Virus record (IMG/VR): IMGVR_UViG_2778261179_000006 | Span: 488 to 64,487 of that record | Strand: one strand, 5' to 3' | Length of the DNA: 64,000 nt | Origin: a virus | Lineage: Duplodnaviria > Heunggongvirae > Uroviricota > Caudoviricetes | Shown: one piece after another, positions 12,601-21,854 of the stretch | Layout: each line of letters starts with the position of its first letter | Position numbering within the stretch: position 1 is the stretch's first letter | Made by a program: the position numbers and the translations under genes | The notes under the pieces: model-generated | Told to the model about the DNA's origin: nothing | What the model saw: the letters and a program-made list of their open reading frames with translations, nothing else | Database searches by the model: none

Positions 12601-15600
12601 CATGCACAGGATATGCTTTATGACTTCGTTGCCGCCGGACGCGTAGCCAGCGCAATGGACTCCGACTCCCACCGCAAAGAGGCCGCGCGTCGCCGGGTAT
12701 TGTCGGAGTATTCAGATACCGGCACCGAAAAAGCAGAGAAGTATCCGTACTTTGAGGATATGGGCTTCGATAGTGTGATCGCTGACGAAGGTCACAACTA
12801 CCGCAATAGCTATAAAAATGGTCGCGAAGCGTCACAACTGGCCTATCTGCCCACCAGCGCGGTGGCGCAATCGGCGCGAGATATGGCAATTAAAAACGCG
12901 TACCTGATGAAAAAGAATGGCGGGCGCGGGCCGGTTCTCCTGACTGCAACGCCAGTCGTTAACACCCCGATCGATGCATACAACATGCTTTCTCATGTTC
13001 TGCCGAAGGAATACTGGCAGAACATGGGGATCTACGGTCCTGATGACTTCGTTAAATTCTTCGGCAAGACCAGGCTGGAAACGGTACAGAAAATCAGCGG
13101 TGAAGTTGAAGAAAAAATGGCGCTGGTGGGCTTTGAAAACCTTGATGCGCTGCGCGGTATATTCCATCGCTGGGTAACGCTTAAAACGGCGGAAGACGTT
13201 AAGGATACCGTGGAGATCCCGGAGCTGGACGAACACCAGCAGGATGCACCACTTACTGAAGAACAACTGGCGGCGTATGAAGAATTGCGTCAGCAGGCGG
13301 AAGCGGCGGCCAAAGCCAACAATGGCGTAACGACCTCGGTCAATGAAGACGGCGTGATTGAGCACGAGAAAGCCCGTCCGATCTTCTCAATAATCAGGGA
13401 TATGGACCGCGTATGTACTGACATGGACCTGTACTATCGCCGGATCACCTATCGTTTCCTGCCGGAGTACGCCGATGCGGTGCAGCAGCTGGCGGACAGT
13501 TTGCCTAAACAAGCCACCAGCGAAGACGACGACAGTGATGATTCAATCACGCAGCAATCGCAATACTCCCTGATAGATAAGGGCGAGTTTATTCAGTTGC
13601 AGGTTCCGGAAGCGTTCGAGCAGGAAGTGAATAAGCGCCTGGCCAGGTTTGGCATTGACGAACAGACCGTAACTCACCCCGTTACGCCCAAATACGCGAA
13701 GCTGATCGCCACGCTGAAGGAGTTTTTCCCGGAAGGTAAGCAAATCATCTTCACCGATGAAAAAACGCAGCACCAGAAGCTCAAGCGCATTATCTGCAAT
13801 GCTCTAAACCTTGAACCTTCAAAGGTGGGGATCCTGAATGCTCAGACGGTTGCCGAGGCAGGTAAAACCGGTAAGAAACTGAAAGCGGTTAAACCGCCGA
13901 AAGAGCTACCGGATGAACCAACAGATGCACAGATAGCGAAATACAACGAGCAAATGGCTCTGTATGACGCCTATATCGCGCAGCAAAATGAAATGTCGTT
14001 GGGCGGTCTGGAAAAGATTGCAGCCGACTTCCAGGAGGGCCGGACTCCGATCATCATCTGCAACAAAAAGGCAGAGGTGGGTATCAACCTGCATCGAGGA
14101 ACGACGGATATCCACCACCTGACGTTGCCGTGGACACCAGCCAGTATCGCACAGCGTAACGGTCGCGGTGCCCGAGTTGGTTCCAACCGTGCAAGCGTTC
14201 GCGTTCACTACTACTGCGGCAAGGGGTCTTTCGATGAATACCGACTGAAGACGCTGAAGCGTAAAGCAGGCTGGATCTCCGATATCCTCCGTTCAGATAA
14301 GTCAGAAATGGAGAACGCCGACGCCAATGACATGATCGAAATGCAGATGTATACCGCGAAGGATGACGGCGAACGTCTGGCAATGATGCAGGTTCAAATG
14401 GATAAGGCGAAAGCTGCGAAACGCGCTCGCCAGAAAGAACAGGCTACTATCGACCTTCAGAACTACATCAAGGCGCAGCACGCAGCTGGCGAGGATGTGG
14501 AGGTACTTACCGCTGAATTAGAGCGAAGCAAAGCGGAACTTGAAAAGACCACCGCCGAGGTAGCTAAATTCAAACAGGCGGCAATGGCCAAGGCAGCGGA
14601 TAACGCAGACTGGAAGGCCCGCTGGGGGAGTGTCCATCACACAGACCGTATGTTGTTAGCACAGTATCGCGCGTCGTTGAAAAGCGCCATTCAGCGCAAG
14701 GCTAATATCTCTCAGGCCATCTCCCGCTATGAGAAATTATTGAACCGTACTCAGAAGGCCGCGACGGATATCAAACGCCTGCGCCCGCTGGTGGAGGATG
14801 CAATAAATAAAGGCATTCTGGATATTGATCCTGACATGGTTAACCATGCGAGTGAGTTCCTTGTTATCGGCGATCGCTCATGGCGTGTAGGCCAATACTA
14901 CGATTGTGCCGGTGATATCGTTCGCATTAAGTCGCTGGACTTCGACAGCCAGCGCGCAGACGTGGAGATCATCTTTACCTTCAAAGGCACCAAATCGGGT
15001 AACTGGGATGTGAAGACGCTGGATAAACAGGTTGATGTAACTCCTGATGAAGATGCTGTTATGCAGAAAATCAGTGGTGGCGTCTCCATCGCCGGGATTA
15101 ACGACATCATTTCCTGTGACGATTTCTACCGTTTCCAGCAGCGCGGCATGATCAAAATCACTGACTCATACGGCGTTCAGACTACAGAGTCAGGCTATAG
15201 CATTGATTTAGTTGGTACCTATACGGACCCACTGAAGCATGCGGTTTACCCGGATCGCCGTGACGGCGCGCTGAAGTCGTCAATTGCAAAATGGGTGCTT
15301 GGTATGATGTCGGAAGGGAATAACCGCCAGATCCGTTCGGCAGAAACATTCCTGGTTGAATTGTTTGGCTCCAATTATGGCGATGTAATCGCGTCATACG
15401 GAGATACGCTATCCCCTGAAGCAATTCAGGAGAAAATAGCGGATGCGATCGCAAAAATGCCGGAGAAAACAAGCCAGGGGGCTACTCGTAACGGGGATTC
15501 TGAACTTGAGGTCACCAATGCCATTTTCGGTACCCATGAGTTCCGGGCGTCAGATTATGAGATCACCACAGCACAGTTTGGCACCATTGGCATTTACAGC

Positions 15601-16398
15601 AATAAAGCCGAGATCAAGCAGGCAATGGACGCAGCAAGCGCGCGCATCGCAGCAGAACGGGAAGCCAATCTGAATCATGCAGTCGCCGCACTGACTCAAT
15701 CGTGGGTAACAGCAATCAGGGAGGCCGCCACCACAGGGAAAATCACACCTGCAATTGCGGATGTCGTAAACGACGGCTCTAAATTTATGGATGCCTATCA
15801 AATGGATGCGGTGCAGTTGCCATCAGCCTATGGCCAACTCAGCTATCGCATGACCTACAACCTGGTATCAATGTTTTCCGACCTTGCCATCCTTGGGCTG
15901 GTGGATCTTAACGAGGTTACGCCGGAATTGCTCAGCATGCGCAAGAATCATGTGGAGATATTGCAGAGAATTAACACGGTTCTTGCCGGGCGCACCGATG
16001 AAGAGAAACAGGCCGACGCTGATCGGATAAACCTGGCCCTTGGCAACATCACGGAGGAAGAAATTGCCGCCAGAAACGAGAAACAAGAAGAGTTATCATC
16101 AATACAGGGTGATGCCACCAGCATAGCTCAGTCTCTTGGTCTGAATTATCGCGTATCCACCGCCGACCTGAAGATGATGTACGCACCGAAATTCGCCGCT
16201 GGCGAGGTATTTGGGCTTCAGGAAGCCTCAGGCATGAAAGGCGTTCTTTTCCGTGCGAAAGACGCAATCAAGGCGAAATTCGGCGCTCGCTGGCTGCCAG
16301 CGAAGGCGAAGAACAGCGATTTCCCGGGTAACTGGTGGATTATCGAGACAAAACACAACGTGGCGGACGTTCTGGCCGTCATCCAACAATACGCATAA
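9631..16398 (+). CDS. darB: DarB antirestriction protein: N-terminal DNA methyltransferase-like domain, central/C-terminal SF2 helicase domain
   Basis: 2255-aa ORF, the size of P1 DarB; N-terminal MTase-like region (LEPSAGTGVF, NVPFGG), helicase-type motifs (FGTGLGKTT, DEGHNYRN). Confidence 0.92.
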   Translation: MNKLSMGVFRCSSVSEILKYIRAITSHRAPIKYGVEKVEGKSYDRLRREANQKAIDLLNSLVDGATLTDEQRQILAGYTGEGGIGGSVSEYYTPKPIAEGVWEIMKLYGADVGNTLEPSAGTGVFNETKPVGTVMTATEISSVSGRINQLLHPEDSVQISPFEQLAVSTPNDSFDHVVGNVPFGGRDNTRNIDKPYAEETDMGSYFMLRMLDKIKPGGFMCVIVPPSIVSGSNMKRLRLRLSRKAEFLGAHRLPTGTFDANGTSTVVDVVLMRKHPAEMAEKIPLVDESTLESANVLWPTFISGKWFEKDGRRFVHGTQEKGFQGRIEVRADGQIDNQALKAKLIHRFESRIDWSLLDMAEPSPTADVVGEGEMRLINGVWQKYAGGRWIEADAGKELKIDVASYGADSWEALQRNLTTTEGRLGMTFTQMANVRDKYTTSISDDMVQLVDWINSQPEKYRERLYRGAMIGRMLIEYQDMKAAGHSAEQIEQQRLSLVSRLQAEIDRFGNPGRGPIAKLSGSGARAWFAFRGAIKLDGTISDELTGKLVTHDSSASYDSTSYQDTLRYLYSDLTRDPIQLDDFRLAFTGELPASDDELLNLLASIPGIAVSPYGGIVPFARATSGDINEIVAPKQEFLATLPDGPVKNNVLNQLAAIEEKRIKTPAENIRFKLNSRWFDRSVILEFLQENGYPDLRYVQSVQLEGDEMVSDTYHGGDGLFVGHRYGVVQRKDKETGEIRYEWDRKSGENATGFPAQLEKYLNGARIGGKDSATANGYREQMALLEDQFNKWIKTHDRYDELVAKYNDVFNSNIPYEHSGDPLGLKGLSGKRQPFDYQNSEVRRLSEDGRGILGFGTGLGKTTTALALEAFNYENGRSTRTAYVVPKSVLENWYYEAKEFLSEEAFSNYLFVGLDVLMDGDQIRQVPVLDENGKPVLGTDGTPVMRDALKLADEATITARMNAIPHSNYRAVVFTKEQYARIPLRDDTVDEHAQDMLYDFVAAGRVASAMDSDSHRKEAARRRVLSEYSDTGTEKAEKYPYFEDMGFDSVIADEGHNYRNSYKNGREASQLAYLPTSAVAQSARDMAIKNAYLMKKNGGRGPVLLTATPVVNTPIDAYNMLSHVLPKEYWQNMGIYGPDDFVKFFGKTRLETVQKISGEVEEKMALVGFENLDALRGIFHRWVTLKTAEDVKDTVEIPELDEHQQDAPLTEEQLAAYEELRQQAEAAAKANNGVTTSVNEDGVIEHEKARPIFSIIRDMDRVCTDMDLYYRRITYRFLPEYADAVQQLADSLPKQATSEDDDSDDSITQQSQYSLIDKGEFIQLQVPEAFEQEVNKRLARFGIDEQTVTHPVTPKYAKLIATLKEFFPEGKQIIFTDEKTQHQKLKRIICNALNLEPSKVGILNAQTVAEAGKTGKKLKAVKPPKELPDEPTDAQIAKYNEQMALYDAYIAQQNEMSLGGLEKIAADFQEGRTPIIICNKKAEVGINLHRGTTDIHHLTLPWTPASIAQRNGRGARVGSNRASVRVHYYCGKGSFDEYRLKTLKRKAGWISDILRSDKSEMENADANDMIEMQMYTAKDDGERLAMMQVQMDKAKAAKRARQKEQATIDLQNYIKAQHAAGEDVEVLTAELERSKAELEKTTAEVAKFKQAAMAKAADNADWKARWGSVHHTDRMLLAQYRASLKSAIQRKANISQAISRYEKLLNRTQKAATDIKRLRPLVEDAINKGILDIDPDMVNHASEFLVIGDRSWRVGQYYDCAGDIVRIKSLDFDSQRADVEIIFTFKGTKSGNWDVKTLDKQVDVTPDEDAVMQKISGGVSIAGINDIISCDDFYRFQQRGMIKITDSYGVQTTESGYSIDLVGTYTDPLKHAVYPDRRDGALKSSIAKWVLGMMSEGNNRQIRSAETFLVELFGSNYGDVIASYGDTLSPEAIQEKIADAIAKMPEKTSQGATRNGDSELEVTNAIFGTHEFRASDYEITTAQFGTIGIYSNKAEIKQAMDAASARIAAEREANLNHAVAALTQSWVTAIREAATTGKITPAIADVVNDGSKFMDAYQMDAVQLPSAYGQLSYRMTYNLVSMFSDLAILGLVDLNEVTPELLSMRKNHVEILQRINTVLAGRTDEEKQADADRINLALGNITEEEIAARNEKQEELSSIQGDATSIAQSLGLNYRVSTADLKMMYAPKFAAGEVFGLQEASGMKGVLFRAKDAIKAKFGARWLPAKAKNSDFPGNWWIIETKHNVADVLAVIQQYA

Positions 16399-16431
16399 CA
16401 GGAGCGCCCGGTTCGCCGGGCGTCGCATAAT

Positions 16432-16872
16432 ATGGCCACACTATCTGATACAATAAAACCGAATAAAACATATCTTGAGGCGGTACTCCGTACAGCGTTG
16501 TTAGGAAAGACAGAAGACGAATACGTTGATTTCTTCCTGTCAGGGCTACGCGGGCGATTACTGAAAAATCCCCGCCTGTACCGCAGCTATGGTCCATACT
16601 GGCCGGAAATTAAAAAATTATTACTGGAGCGCGGTTATGGTAATTTCGGTCGTCTCGTTGACCGTGACGTTCGCAAAATTTACCGTTATGACCGCCCGGC
16701 TCTAACACTCATAGCCGCGACGCTCTACAGCCAGGAGCGTTTTGATAATGGTCAGATATACTCAGCCTGGCATTTACTGCCAGTGTCTGAAGAAGTTGAC
16801 GACCAGGACTATGAATTTGAGTCTTACGATTTGGAAGTTGAAGCCTTGGCACAGGCTGGAGAGAAAACTTGA
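16432..16872 (+). CDS. ulx: Ulx-like protein (upstream of lxc)
   Basis: 146-aa ORF whose stop overlaps the lxc start; position as in P1. Confidence 0.65.
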   Translation: MATLSDTIKPNKTYLEAVLRTALLGKTEDEYVDFFLSGLRGRLLKNPRLYRSYGPYWPEIKKLLLERGYGNFGRLVDRDVRKIYRYDRPALTLIAATLYSQERFDNGQIYSAWHLLPVSEEVDDQDYEFESYDLEVEALAQAGEKT

Positions 16873-17117
16873 AAAAGCGATACTACACAGTAAAGCATGG
16901 GACGCTACGAGCATTACAAGAGTTTGCTGATAAGCATAACGTTGAAGTGCGCAGGGAAGGGGGAAGTAAAGCTCTGCGCATGTACCGCCCGGACGGGAAA
17001 TGGCGTACGGTCGTCGATTTCAAAACTAACAGCGTTCCCCAGGGCGTCCGCGACCGGGCATTCGAAGAATGGGAGCAAATCATCATAGATAATGCATTGC
17101 TCCTGAATGCTGATTAA
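16869..17117 (+). CDS. lxc: Lxc/Bof, C1 co-repressor modulator
   Basis: 82-aa ORF, the size and position of P1 Lxc (Bof). Confidence 0.8.
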   Translation: MKKRYYTVKHGTLRALQEFADKHNVEVRREGGSKALRMYRPDGKWRTVVDFKTNSVPQGVRDRAFEEWEQIIIDNALLLNAD

Positions 17118-17123
17118 GTTTGT

Positions 17124-17150
17124 CTAGCCCGGTTAATACCGGGCTGGTTT
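17124..17150. terminator. Hairpin terminator between lxc and the convergent two-gene cassette
   Basis: AGCCCGG-TTAATA-CCGGGCT inverted repeat. Confidence 0.55.
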
Positions 17151-17175
17151 AGACATCTTAAGTGGGTGTTAATTT

Positions 17176-17685
17176 TTAATTATGGTTAATCATATCTAAC
17201 AGTATTTTTAGCTTCCTGCATGTGTTATCAATATCTTTACATAATATGACATCAAGGATGTTTGGTAGTCCTAATACCATATGAGAAATGAAACCCTCGC
17301 CAACTTGTAGATTATGGGTAGTCTCATCTGGATTCACGTATTCAATGGTTTTAGTTTTATTTATCCCATAATCTTTATAACAGATGATTACAGGAATGTT
17401 CTTCTGTTCAGCAATCTGCAACTCTATTCCTAGCCCTGTTGATGGAAAACTACATTCTGCAATTATTACATCAGATTTCTCAACCATATCTCTGTCCCAA
17501 ATGTAACAAAGTTTAGATTTGTTACTTTCAGGGCGCTTTGATAATTCTGGGTCACTATTTATCAAAGCATATTTTACGTTGTTATTTTGAGATAGACCTT
17601 TTGCAAGGCTGTGAATCCAATTACTGTACTCATGGAAAATTTCCCTTGGAACATGAGTTAAAGCGCATGCGATATATATATTCAT
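17176..17685 (-). CDS. DNPH1/Rcl or nucleoside 2-deoxyribosyltransferase-like protein (169 aa), candidate nucleotide N-glycosidase effector
   Basis: N-terminal IYIACAL, DRDMVEKSDVIIAEC and STGLGIELQIAEQKNIPVI resemble the GxGxE catalytic-Glu signature of DNPH1/NDT-fold enzymes; start codon overlaps the stop of the upstream gene (ATGA); AT-rich codon usage. Confidence 0.6.
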   Translation of the reverse strand: MNIYIACALTHVPREIFHEYSNWIHSLAKGLSQNNNVKYALINSDPELSKRPESNKSKLCYIWDRDMVEKSDVIIAECSFPSTGLGIELQIAEQKNIPVIICYKDYGINKTKTIEYVNPDETTHNLQVGEGFISHMVLGLPNILDVILCKDIDNTCRKLKILLDMINHN

Positions 17686-18725
17686 TAAGAAGCAGACCTT
17701 ACGTTTGGGATAAGAAATTGGTGTCCAGTAATTTCAGATGAAATTGCATCTATAAACTGTGACGGAGATTGTTGAATAAATTCAGCAATAATCCAGTTTT
17801 CTTTTTCATTTAGTAACTGTCTTAGCTTAAGTGGGTCATACCGACATAGCTCACTTAATCGATGCATAGCTGCTAGGGTTATAACCAATGGCGATATTGA
17901 AACAGAAGTATGCTCAGATTGATTGTTTTTACGTTTGAGATACCAAAGAGTCTCTGCGCCATTGATATAGTAAAGATTTCTTCTTATTTTTTGATGAAAT
18001 TCAGTTAATTGCGGCATGTTGGACGATTGATTTTCATTATAATCAAGTAATGACTCTACTGATTTTATTTTGTACTTTTCTCTTTCAAACAATTCGAACG
18101 CTGGCGGTAGAATGTCGAAAACTGTGTCGAACCGAAAATCCTTGGATAAAATCGCAGTGAAAAACAGGCTATTGTCTGACTCATTCAGAACGAACTCAGC
18201 ATCGATCAGTGGAATAAATATATCATCAGTTACATCATAAGTAAGGCAATATGTACGATGAATATATGGCAATCCAGAAAAAAGGTTTTTTATATTGTAC
18301 ACCCCCTCATGAGAGGTGCCGTCAATATATTTTGAAAAAGACGGAAGTATACCCTCATTTTTTATTTTTACTTTTATATCAGATAAGTTATCAATTTGGG
18401 CTGCATTTTCACCCCTAGCAACACCATGATGCTGTTTGAAGTTTATATTGCGAGATGAAAGTAACGCCTTTACTGCATTCATGAATGAATAATAGTGCAA
18501 AAGTGGGGCTGATTGGTTGGGTAAACCATTGGCCGCCTGATTAAATACTTTTGCTTGCTCCCAATAAAAAAGAGCCTCATCTTTTTCGTTTCGCTTTAAC
18601 CAGAGTTCGACAAAATCCCAATGACTGTATGTAAGTACATTCCTTGCGGTTAGGTCAGGGTTTAATGATGCTTTATGAGGCTTCATGACCTTGTTCCTAA
18701 TTTTCAGCGGCTTAATATTCATCAT
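17685..18725 (-). CDS. Hypothetical 346-aa protein, partner of the DNPH1-like protein; possible Rx6H (HEPN-like) motif near N-terminus, otherwise unrecognised
   Basis: ORF track; no Walker, methyltransferase or restriction motifs seen; ARNVLTYSH could be an Rx4-6H motif (unverified); translationally coupled to the downstream gene. Confidence 0.55.
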   Translation of the reverse strand: MMNIKPLKIRNKVMKPHKASLNPDLTARNVLTYSHWDFVELWLKRNEKDEALFYWEQAKVFNQAANGLPNQSAPLLHYYSFMNAVKALLSSRNINFKQHHGVARGENAAQIDNLSDIKVKIKNEGILPSFSKYIDGTSHEGVYNIKNLFSGLPYIHRTYCLTYDVTDDIFIPLIDAEFVLNESDNSLFFTAILSKDFRFDTVFDILPPAFELFEREKYKIKSVESLLDYNENQSSNMPQLTEFHQKIRRNLYYINGAETLWYLKRKNNQSEHTSVSISPLVITLAAMHRLSELCRYDPLKLRQLLNEKENWIIAEFIQQSPSQFIDAISSEITGHQFLIPNVRSAS

Positions 18726-18815
18726 TGTAATAATCCTCCACCCAAAGTTACTAGATTGTAAAATATATATTTTTGTTCCACAACAAAAATCTCTATTGGC
18801 TACTGACGTAATTAA

Positions 18816-19484
18816 TTATAAATAGTTTTCTTTGCCGGTAAGTAAGCCTTGAGGAACTCGCTTGTCGGCTAGACATTGGGTTCCGCGAATTATGTTAATC
18901 AGAGGGCTTAGTAACGATGTTTCCTGGCGGGCCTCAACTTCTCCAGCCATTGCCCTGATGTAGTCGGCGCTTGCAACGTTGTTATATTCCGTTGCGAAGC
19001 AGCATAACAACGACAGAACGTGCTCTGTCGTTATTTCGCTCCAGTTGATGTTGAAAAATTCATCGCCTTTTTTGTCGTGTTCGGAATCGAAGATGCTTTG
19101 GTGGAGGATGTATTTGCCGGATTCTTTGCGCGGTAACTTGATCGCTTTCTGGCGTTCCAGCTCCTTGTAAATCTGCATTGCTTCAATTAGTACCGGCCTG
19201 CCGTTCATGAAGGGATCGCGCAACCTTACACGCTGGCCAACTCGACCCGTAATAAAGCTGTTTTCCTCTTCCACCAGCACGATAAAACCCTTTTCCTCTT
19301 TTTCTCGCAATTCGCGCAGCAGCTGGAGTTCCATATCGCGGCGGCGTTCAGGGTAGCTGGTCCGCTCAGCCATTATCAACTCGTTGTTGATCCATGCAGC
19401 AGTCATTGACGCCGGTTTGCCGACGCTCATCGAAACAACGCATATTTTCTTATCCATAGCGCCCCTACAAAAAAGAAAAGCCAC
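18816..19484 (-). CDS. mat: Particle maturation protein Mat-like
   Basis: Position between ref and the lxc-proximal locus as in P1; alternative start at 19457 (MDKKICVV). Confidence 0.6.
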   Translation of the reverse strand: MAFLFCRGAMDKKICVVSMSVGKPASMTAAWINNELIMAERTSYPERRRDMELQLLRELREKEEKGFIVLVEEENSFITGRVGQRVRLRDPFMNGRPVLIEAMQIYKELERQKAIKLPRKESGKYILHQSIFDSEHDKKGDEFFNINWSEITTEHVLSLLCCFATEYNNVASADYIRAMAGEVEARQETSLLSPLINIIRGTQCLADKRVPQGLLTGKENYL

Positions 19485-19645
19485 CAGCGGCGGCTTAGCA
19501 ATACAACTGAAGGTAGCGCCCGGTACTCAGACTGTGCCGTCCATGGAATATTTGAAAAGGGATCCATCCGTACCGGGCGTGTGATGATTCTGACTCAAGT
19601 CACTTGTCAGTTGTCAATCATTTATCATTAAAAATAATATATTTA

Positions 19646-20206
19646 TTAGTGCATGATGTTTGCCATCTCATAGGCGTCAGCCAGTAACTCCATCTCTGAC
19701 TTGTTCAGCAGGGTGAATTCTTTCTTGCCTCCAACCACACCATCGGCATGAACAGGGACCAGCCAGGGGTATTTTGCTCTTACTTCAGCCGGTGCTGCAT
19801 GCTGGTGGTGCCATCTACAAAGTGGCAATTGCTTTTTGTGACAACCAGGCGCGGTACGACCGGAAATATGGTGCAGAGACACCTCTTCAGATATTACTCC
19901 ATGCATATAGCACGCAATGCAGGGGAGAGCGCCAAGAGCATTGGCTATGTGCCGTTCCTCTGCCGTCGGTGTTCGTCCCTTCAAGCCACGAGATTTTATT
20001 TTTACCGCACTTTTCCGCGTTTTGCTGGCTGGTGGGCACTCTTTCTGTTTAGCGATACGGCGGTCGATAGAATCCCGCATTTTCTGATATTGCGATTCTC
20101 GCCAGGCGGGGTCAGCCAACTTTTCCCGTTGCCGAGCGATCGCTCGTTCTCTGGCTGCCTTCTGCCACTCGCGGCGCTGTTCAAGTTTTTGTTCGATTGT
20201 TTTCAT
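19646..20206 (-). CDS. ref: Ref recombination enhancement function, HNH endonuclease
   Basis: Translation from internal Met MKTIEQKLEQRREWQKAARERAIARQ... (186 aa) matches my recollection of P1 Ref; HNH-type Cys/His motifs CIACYMHG...HHISGR...CRWHH. The ORF-track frame extends upstream to 20311. Confidence 0.9.
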   Translation of the reverse strand: MKTIEQKLEQRREWQKAARERAIARQREKLADPAWRESQYQKMRDSIDRRIAKQKECPPASKTRKSAVKIKSRGLKGRTPTAEERHIANALGALPCIACYMHGVISEEVSLHHISGRTAPGCHKKQLPLCRWHHQHAAPAEVRAKYPWLVPVHADGVVGGKKEFTLLNKSEMELLADAYEMANIMH

Positions 20207-20304
20207 ATGGCAAAAAAAAGGCGGCCTAATGGCCGCCAATGATGTCAAGGAGTGAAGTAATGGCAACGTCTTCGTAGTTGACAAAAACTGCGGCTCAATT
20301 ATAG

Positions 20305-20321
20305 CAATCAATTAGAGCAAT
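20305..20321 (-). promoter_or_regulatory. C1 operator-like site upstream of ref
   Basis: Reverse complement ATTGCTCTAATTGATTG (14/17); ref is C1-repressed in P1 as far as I recall. Confidence 0.5.
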
Positions 20322-20453
20322 GGTAGATATTTTATTTATCGCGAATCACATTTTTTCACTTCAGTACCCGTGTGCTATACTCCTTCTTGATTGATTGGAT
20401 GCGGAATACAAACCCGCTCTTTTGTGCAGCCTGGCTCCTTGCCAGGCTTTTTT

Positions 20454-20765
20454 TTATTTCATCATGGAAGTTGTTAACGCTTTGGACCTTGCTGAACTGA
20501 TTGAGAGGGCTTTGTCAACGTGCCCCAAAAATTCGCCAAACTCAGACATCACTTTAGCAAAACCGCGCCGTGCTTCTTCCTCGGTGGCATTCATCACGAA
20601 ATGTTCAGCACCACGCATACTTTTGACAGGGAACGCAACGGATATTGAATCAATATCAGGCATTCTATCGCTCAGCTTTACAGTGACAATGACGGCTGGC
20701 GACTGAATATTAGTGCTTACAGACAGCACTACATATTTTCCGTCGATGTTGAAATCCTTTCTCAT
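20454..20765 (-). CDS. cra: Cra-like small protein (cre-associated position)
   Basis: 103-aa ORF between cre and ref as in P1; identity by position only. Confidence 0.5.
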   Translation of the reverse strand: MRKDFNIDGKYVVLSVSTNIQSPAVIVTVKLSDRMPDIDSISVAFPVKSMRGAEHFVMNATEEEARRGFAKVMSEFGEFLGHVDKALSISSARSKALTTSMMK

Positions 20766-20781
20766 ATGTCACCATAAATAT

Positions 20782-20798
20782 CAAAGAATTAGAGCAAT
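20782..20798 (-). promoter_or_regulatory. C1 operator-like site between cre and cra-like gene
   Basis: Reverse complement ATTGCTCTAATTCTTTG (13/17). Confidence 0.4.
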
Positions 20799-20815
20799 CA
20801 TTTACGCGTTAATGG

Positions 20816-21847
20816 CTAATCGCCATCTTCCAGCAGGCGCACCATTGCCCCTGTTTCACTATCCAGGTTACGGATATAGTTCATGACAATATTTACGTTG
20901 GTCCAGCCACCAGCTTGCATGATCTCCGGTATTGAAACTCCGGCACGGGCCATATCTCGCGCGGCTCCGACACGGGCACTGTGTCCAGACCAGGCCAGGT
21001 ACCTCTGGCCAGAGTCATCCTTAGCCCCGTAAATCAATCGGTGAGTTGCTTCAAAAATCCCTTCCAGGGCGCGAGTTGATAGCTGGCTGGTGGGTGATGG
21101 CGAGGCAACACCATTTTTTCTGACCCGGCAAAACAAGTAGTTATTCGGATCATCAGCCACACCAGAGACAGAAATCCATCGTTCGACCAGTTTAGTTATC
21201 CCCAGGCTAAGTGCCTTCTCTACACCCGCGGTACTAACCAGCGTTTTCGTTCTGCCAATATGGATTAACATTCTCCCACCGTCTGTACGTGAGATATCTT
21301 TAACCCTGATCCTGGCAATTTCGGCTATACGTAACAGGGTGTTATAAGCGATCCCCAGAAATGCCAGATTACGTATATCCTGGCAGCGATCGCTATTTTC
21401 CATGAGTGAACGAACCTGGTCGAAATCAGTGCGTTCGAACGCCAATGCCTGTTTTGCACGTTCACCGGCATCAACGTTTTCTTTTCGAATCCGCCGCATG
21501 ACCAGTGAAACAGCATTGCTGTCACTTGGTCGTGGCAGCCCGGACCGACGATGAAGCATGTTTAGCTGGCCCAAATGTTGCTGGATAGTTTTTACTGCCA
21601 GACCGCGCGCCTGAAGATATAGAAGATAATCGCGAACATCTTCAGGTTCTGCGGGAAACCACTTCCGGTTATTCAACTTGCACCATGCCGCCCACGACCG
21701 GCAAACGGACAGAAGCATTTTCCAGGTATGCTCAGAAAACGCCTGGCGATCCCTGAACATGTCCATCAGGTTCTTGCGAACCTCATCACTCGTTGCATCG
21801 ACCGGTAATGCAGGCAAATTTTGGTGTACGGTCAGTAAATTGGACAT
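20816..21847 (-). CDS. cre: Cre site-specific tyrosine recombinase
   Basis: 343 aa, MSNLLTVHQNLPALPVDATSDEVRKNLMDMFRDRQAFSEHTWKMLLSVCRSWAAWCKLNNRKWFPAEPEDVRDYLLYLQARGLAVKTIQQHLGQLNMLHRR... matches Cre essentially throughout; adjacent loxP. Confidence 0.98.
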   Translation of the reverse strand: MSNLLTVHQNLPALPVDATSDEVRKNLMDMFRDRQAFSEHTWKMLLSVCRSWAAWCKLNNRKWFPAEPEDVRDYLLYLQARGLAVKTIQQHLGQLNMLHRRSGLPRPSDSNAVSLVMRRIRKENVDAGERAKQALAFERTDFDQVRSLMENSDRCQDIRNLAFLGIAYNTLLRIAEIARIRVKDISRTDGGRMLIHIGRTKTLVSTAGVEKALSLGITKLVERWISVSGVADDPNNYLFCRVRKNGVASPSPTSQLSTRALEGIFEATHRLIYGAKDDSGQRYLAWSGHSARVGAARDMARAGVSIPEIMQAGGWTNVNIVMNYIRNLDSETGAMVRLLEDGD

Positions 21848-21854
21848 TTAACAC

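Noticed and set aside
9951-16456. Numerous 60-180-aa ORFs on the minus strand inside darB
   Set aside because: Embedded antisense in a single 2255-aa ORF with coherent domain structure; typical spurious ORFs.
17176-18725. Expectation of type III R-M genes (res/mod) at this locus
   Set aside because: Neither protein has methyltransferase (DPPY/NPPY, FxGxG) or helicase/endonuclease motifs, and the sizes are far too small; the locus holds a different cassette.
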